The position numbers were made by a program, and so were the translations under genes. From assembly GCA_040954595.2 (NCBI GenBank), contig CM082596.2, positions 4,856,181-4,920,180 of the forward strand: a stretch of DNA of 64,000 nucleotides, written 5' to 3'. Below the pieces are notes generated by a model. That model was given only the letters and a program-made list of their open reading frames with translations, had not been told where the DNA came from and ran no database searches. Positions 62,296 to 64,000 of the stretch are shown one piece after another (position 1 is the first letter of the stretch; each line of letters opens with the position of its first letter). Origin of the DNA: Balanoglossus misakiensis (taxonomy: Eukaryota > Animalia > Hemichordata).

Positions 62296-64000
62296 CCACC
62301 ACCACCACCGTCATCATCATCATCATCATCACCACCACCACCGTCATCATCATCATCACCACCACCACCACCGTCATCATCATCATCCACCAATCACCAC
62401 CACCGCCAATGCCATTGTCACCACCACCACCACCACTACCATTATCATTATTCACAAGTAAGATTCAACTTACCTCCGTTGAACCACACGCCAGTACTTC
62501 CGGAGAACCACAATCATAATCTTCATACTCCAACTGACTCTGATCCTTCCAGTAAGCCAGGCTTCGAATACTATAATCAGACACCACCTTCCATTTGTAT
62601 TCATTATATCGTAAGGTTGGCCACACAGCAGACAGTTTGTGCTTTCCGGGAGTGTATTCGGCATCAGGTAGATACCAGTGGGCATTTATTTCCAGCTTAA
62701 TGTCACTAAGAGTGATCAGAGATAAAGTGGTTATTATCGGGAATTATGTGCATGACCACTTAAGCAGAGCTAATTCTCTCTCATCAGTGTAAATGCAACT
62801 ATGGTATGTTTTATGGTATGTTTCAAAATAAACTAGTCAAACAGCTAGGAGTCATAGACTCTCCCTGTAATATGAACTGAATCAAATCTGATTGACACTA
62901 CTTACCTGACCTCGCCCTCTTCTTCGCCGTAAGCACCAACTGCATCGATCACAATATTGGGGATAATGAGCACAGGGTTGTATGCCTCGCAGTCGTAGAT
63001 GTCTCTGTAGACAGTGGTGGACAGTCCTGCCTTGTTGTAACCTCGAAGACCAACTTGCAAGCACACGGTGAAGTCAAGCGCCTTGTCCAATGTTGTACTG
63101 TAGGTAAACTGCAAGGAAAGAATGCAAGAAAGAGTTGAAGTCCAATTAACATTTATCAACTGGCCTTTTTATTTAACACTGGTTCACAATAGCTTTGAAT
63201 AGATTATACCACAGCAAGTGTTTTCACCTGGTTGTTCTCGAACACAGCATTGTCAATCAGTGTCCAGGGATGGAGGGCGTCGCCATGGTGATTATCTGAT
63301 GATGTCTTCGCAGTCAGCGTCCATTCATAGTAATCCATGCTGTCACTATCGCCGGTGCTGGTCGGAATATCCTCCGTGAAGGCGTTCCACGAAAACTCAA
63401 GTTCGTTGGTGGCACTGCATATAAGACACAATAAAACTTATTATAAGATGATCCCTATATTGAACACCTTTACCCATCCCTTTGACATAGAACCACTATT
63501 AACCAAACAGATCTGCAAACCGAATAATTTCTGTATATAGACTCACTTGCTGTACAGTATCTGGGACAAACCCTCTGATATTGGTGGATTTGGCAGGACC
63601 AGGAATCCATTACTGTAGACCGGCTGGAAACAGCCGGCTGGGTGACAGAATTTCACGATTGAACGATATTTCTCCCCGGAGCTCAACTCGATAGACTTCA
63701 GAGCTGTGTGTGACATGCGAAGATCTTCATAGTCTTGTATGAAGTCCCAGATTAACACTCTGTGAAGAAAGAATAAAACATGAAATTTATAGTAAAAAAA
63801 TCCAAGTCTGACTCAATTAAATCCTATTTTCACATGAGTTCTGCCATCTTCACCAATTAGCATCAAACGTCGGACAACCATATCAAGGACTTTTCATGGT
63901 ATTTCTAATGCTGTAATAACATACCCGTTCACATTCTCTTGCCGCTGTATGGCCCAGTAAACGTGCGTCACATACTGCTCAATTTCAGCAGATAAATTCC
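49153..64000 (-). CDS. Giant uncharacterised protein of tandem FN3/Ig-like beta-sandwich repeats with a DUF642/CBM-like domain (5'-partial; ~32 exons, ~2,000 aa in window)
   Basis: Many GT-AG exons on -, e.g. 63759-63547, 62706-62474, 62118-61805, 59591-59405, 54408-54165, 53954-53349, 53115-52906, 50917-50593; the last exon ends IISYTTT* at 49153. The recurrent unit is D-x-[TS]-P-P..G.V.DG...D..YQ....[AV].W.GF.D..SGI..Y.W.IGT.PG..D[VI]...L.L..G..YY.TV.A.N.AGL....SDG (about 11-13 copies). Exon 53954-53349 (NPSFE..WTVQG..QDGVSYVEVYGDISQSF..GEKYRVTF..YYFTA) resembles a galactose-binding-like DUF642/CBM fold. The gene continues past 64000. Confidence 0.85.
51707..51912. mobile_element. MITE (~206 bp) with CTGTAAA...TTTACAG terminal inverted repeats (Tc1/mariner-type TA context)
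   Basis: Left TA-CTGTAAAACAGGTTATTTTTGCG; right CGCGAAAATAACCCCGTTTACAG-TT; internal recurring TTTTCGCG / CGCGAAAA motifs; intronic. Confidence 0.7.
52405..52860. repeat. Degenerate ~39 bp minisatellite
   Basis: Unit ~TGTTGGGCAGGATGCGATTGATATGTGGCGGGTGTTAGA, about 6 diverged copies at 52405-52650 and 1.3 copies at 52809-52860; intronic. Confidence 0.7.
56787..57307. mobile_element. Non-autonomous PIF/Harbinger-like element (521 bp)
   Basis: TIR GGGTGACGCTTTTATTTTATTTGTTTCTCATCTCC / GGAGATGAGAAACATAGAAAATAAAAACGTCACCC with a 3-bp TSD TCA at 56784-56786 and 57308-57310; internal degenerate tandem repeats; intronic. Confidence 0.8.
62250..62450. repeat. (CAT)n/(CAC)n compound microsatellite
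   Basis: Directly visible; intronic. Confidence 0.95.

Overview
Eukaryotic, intron-rich animal DNA with no prokaryotic features. It most resembles a marine invertebrate such as a hemichordate or other invertebrate deuterostome, but the taxon is inferred, not shown. Six protein-coding genes could be read by hand: (1) AP-4 complex subunit beta (AP4B1, +, 17 coding exons, ~753 aa, one GC-AG intron); (2) a convergent ~38-exon WDR87-like WD40/HEAT gene (-) whose 3' end interdigitates with AP4B1; (3) a 7-exon arylsulfatase B/I/J-family gene (-); (4) a single long ORF (-) fusing Roco/MFHAS1-type leucine-rich repeats to an SGNH esterase of the kind found in CR1/L2 LINE ORF1 proteins, the most unusual object here and a candidate domesticated-transposon chimera; (5) an intronless class A GPCR with an NRY motif (melatonin/GPR84/Tre1/moody-like); (6) the 3' ~2,000 codons of a giant uncharacterised protein of tandem FN3/Ig-like beta-sandwich repeats plus a DUF642/CBM-like module, running off the window end. 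Non-coding DNA carries several short non-autonomous DNA transposons (Kolobok-, piggyBac-, Harbinger-, Academ- and Tc1/mariner-like, judged by TIR/TSD), probable Tc1-type excision footprints, and micro/minisatellites. All gene models and family calls come from manual translation and recalled family motifs; no database search was run.
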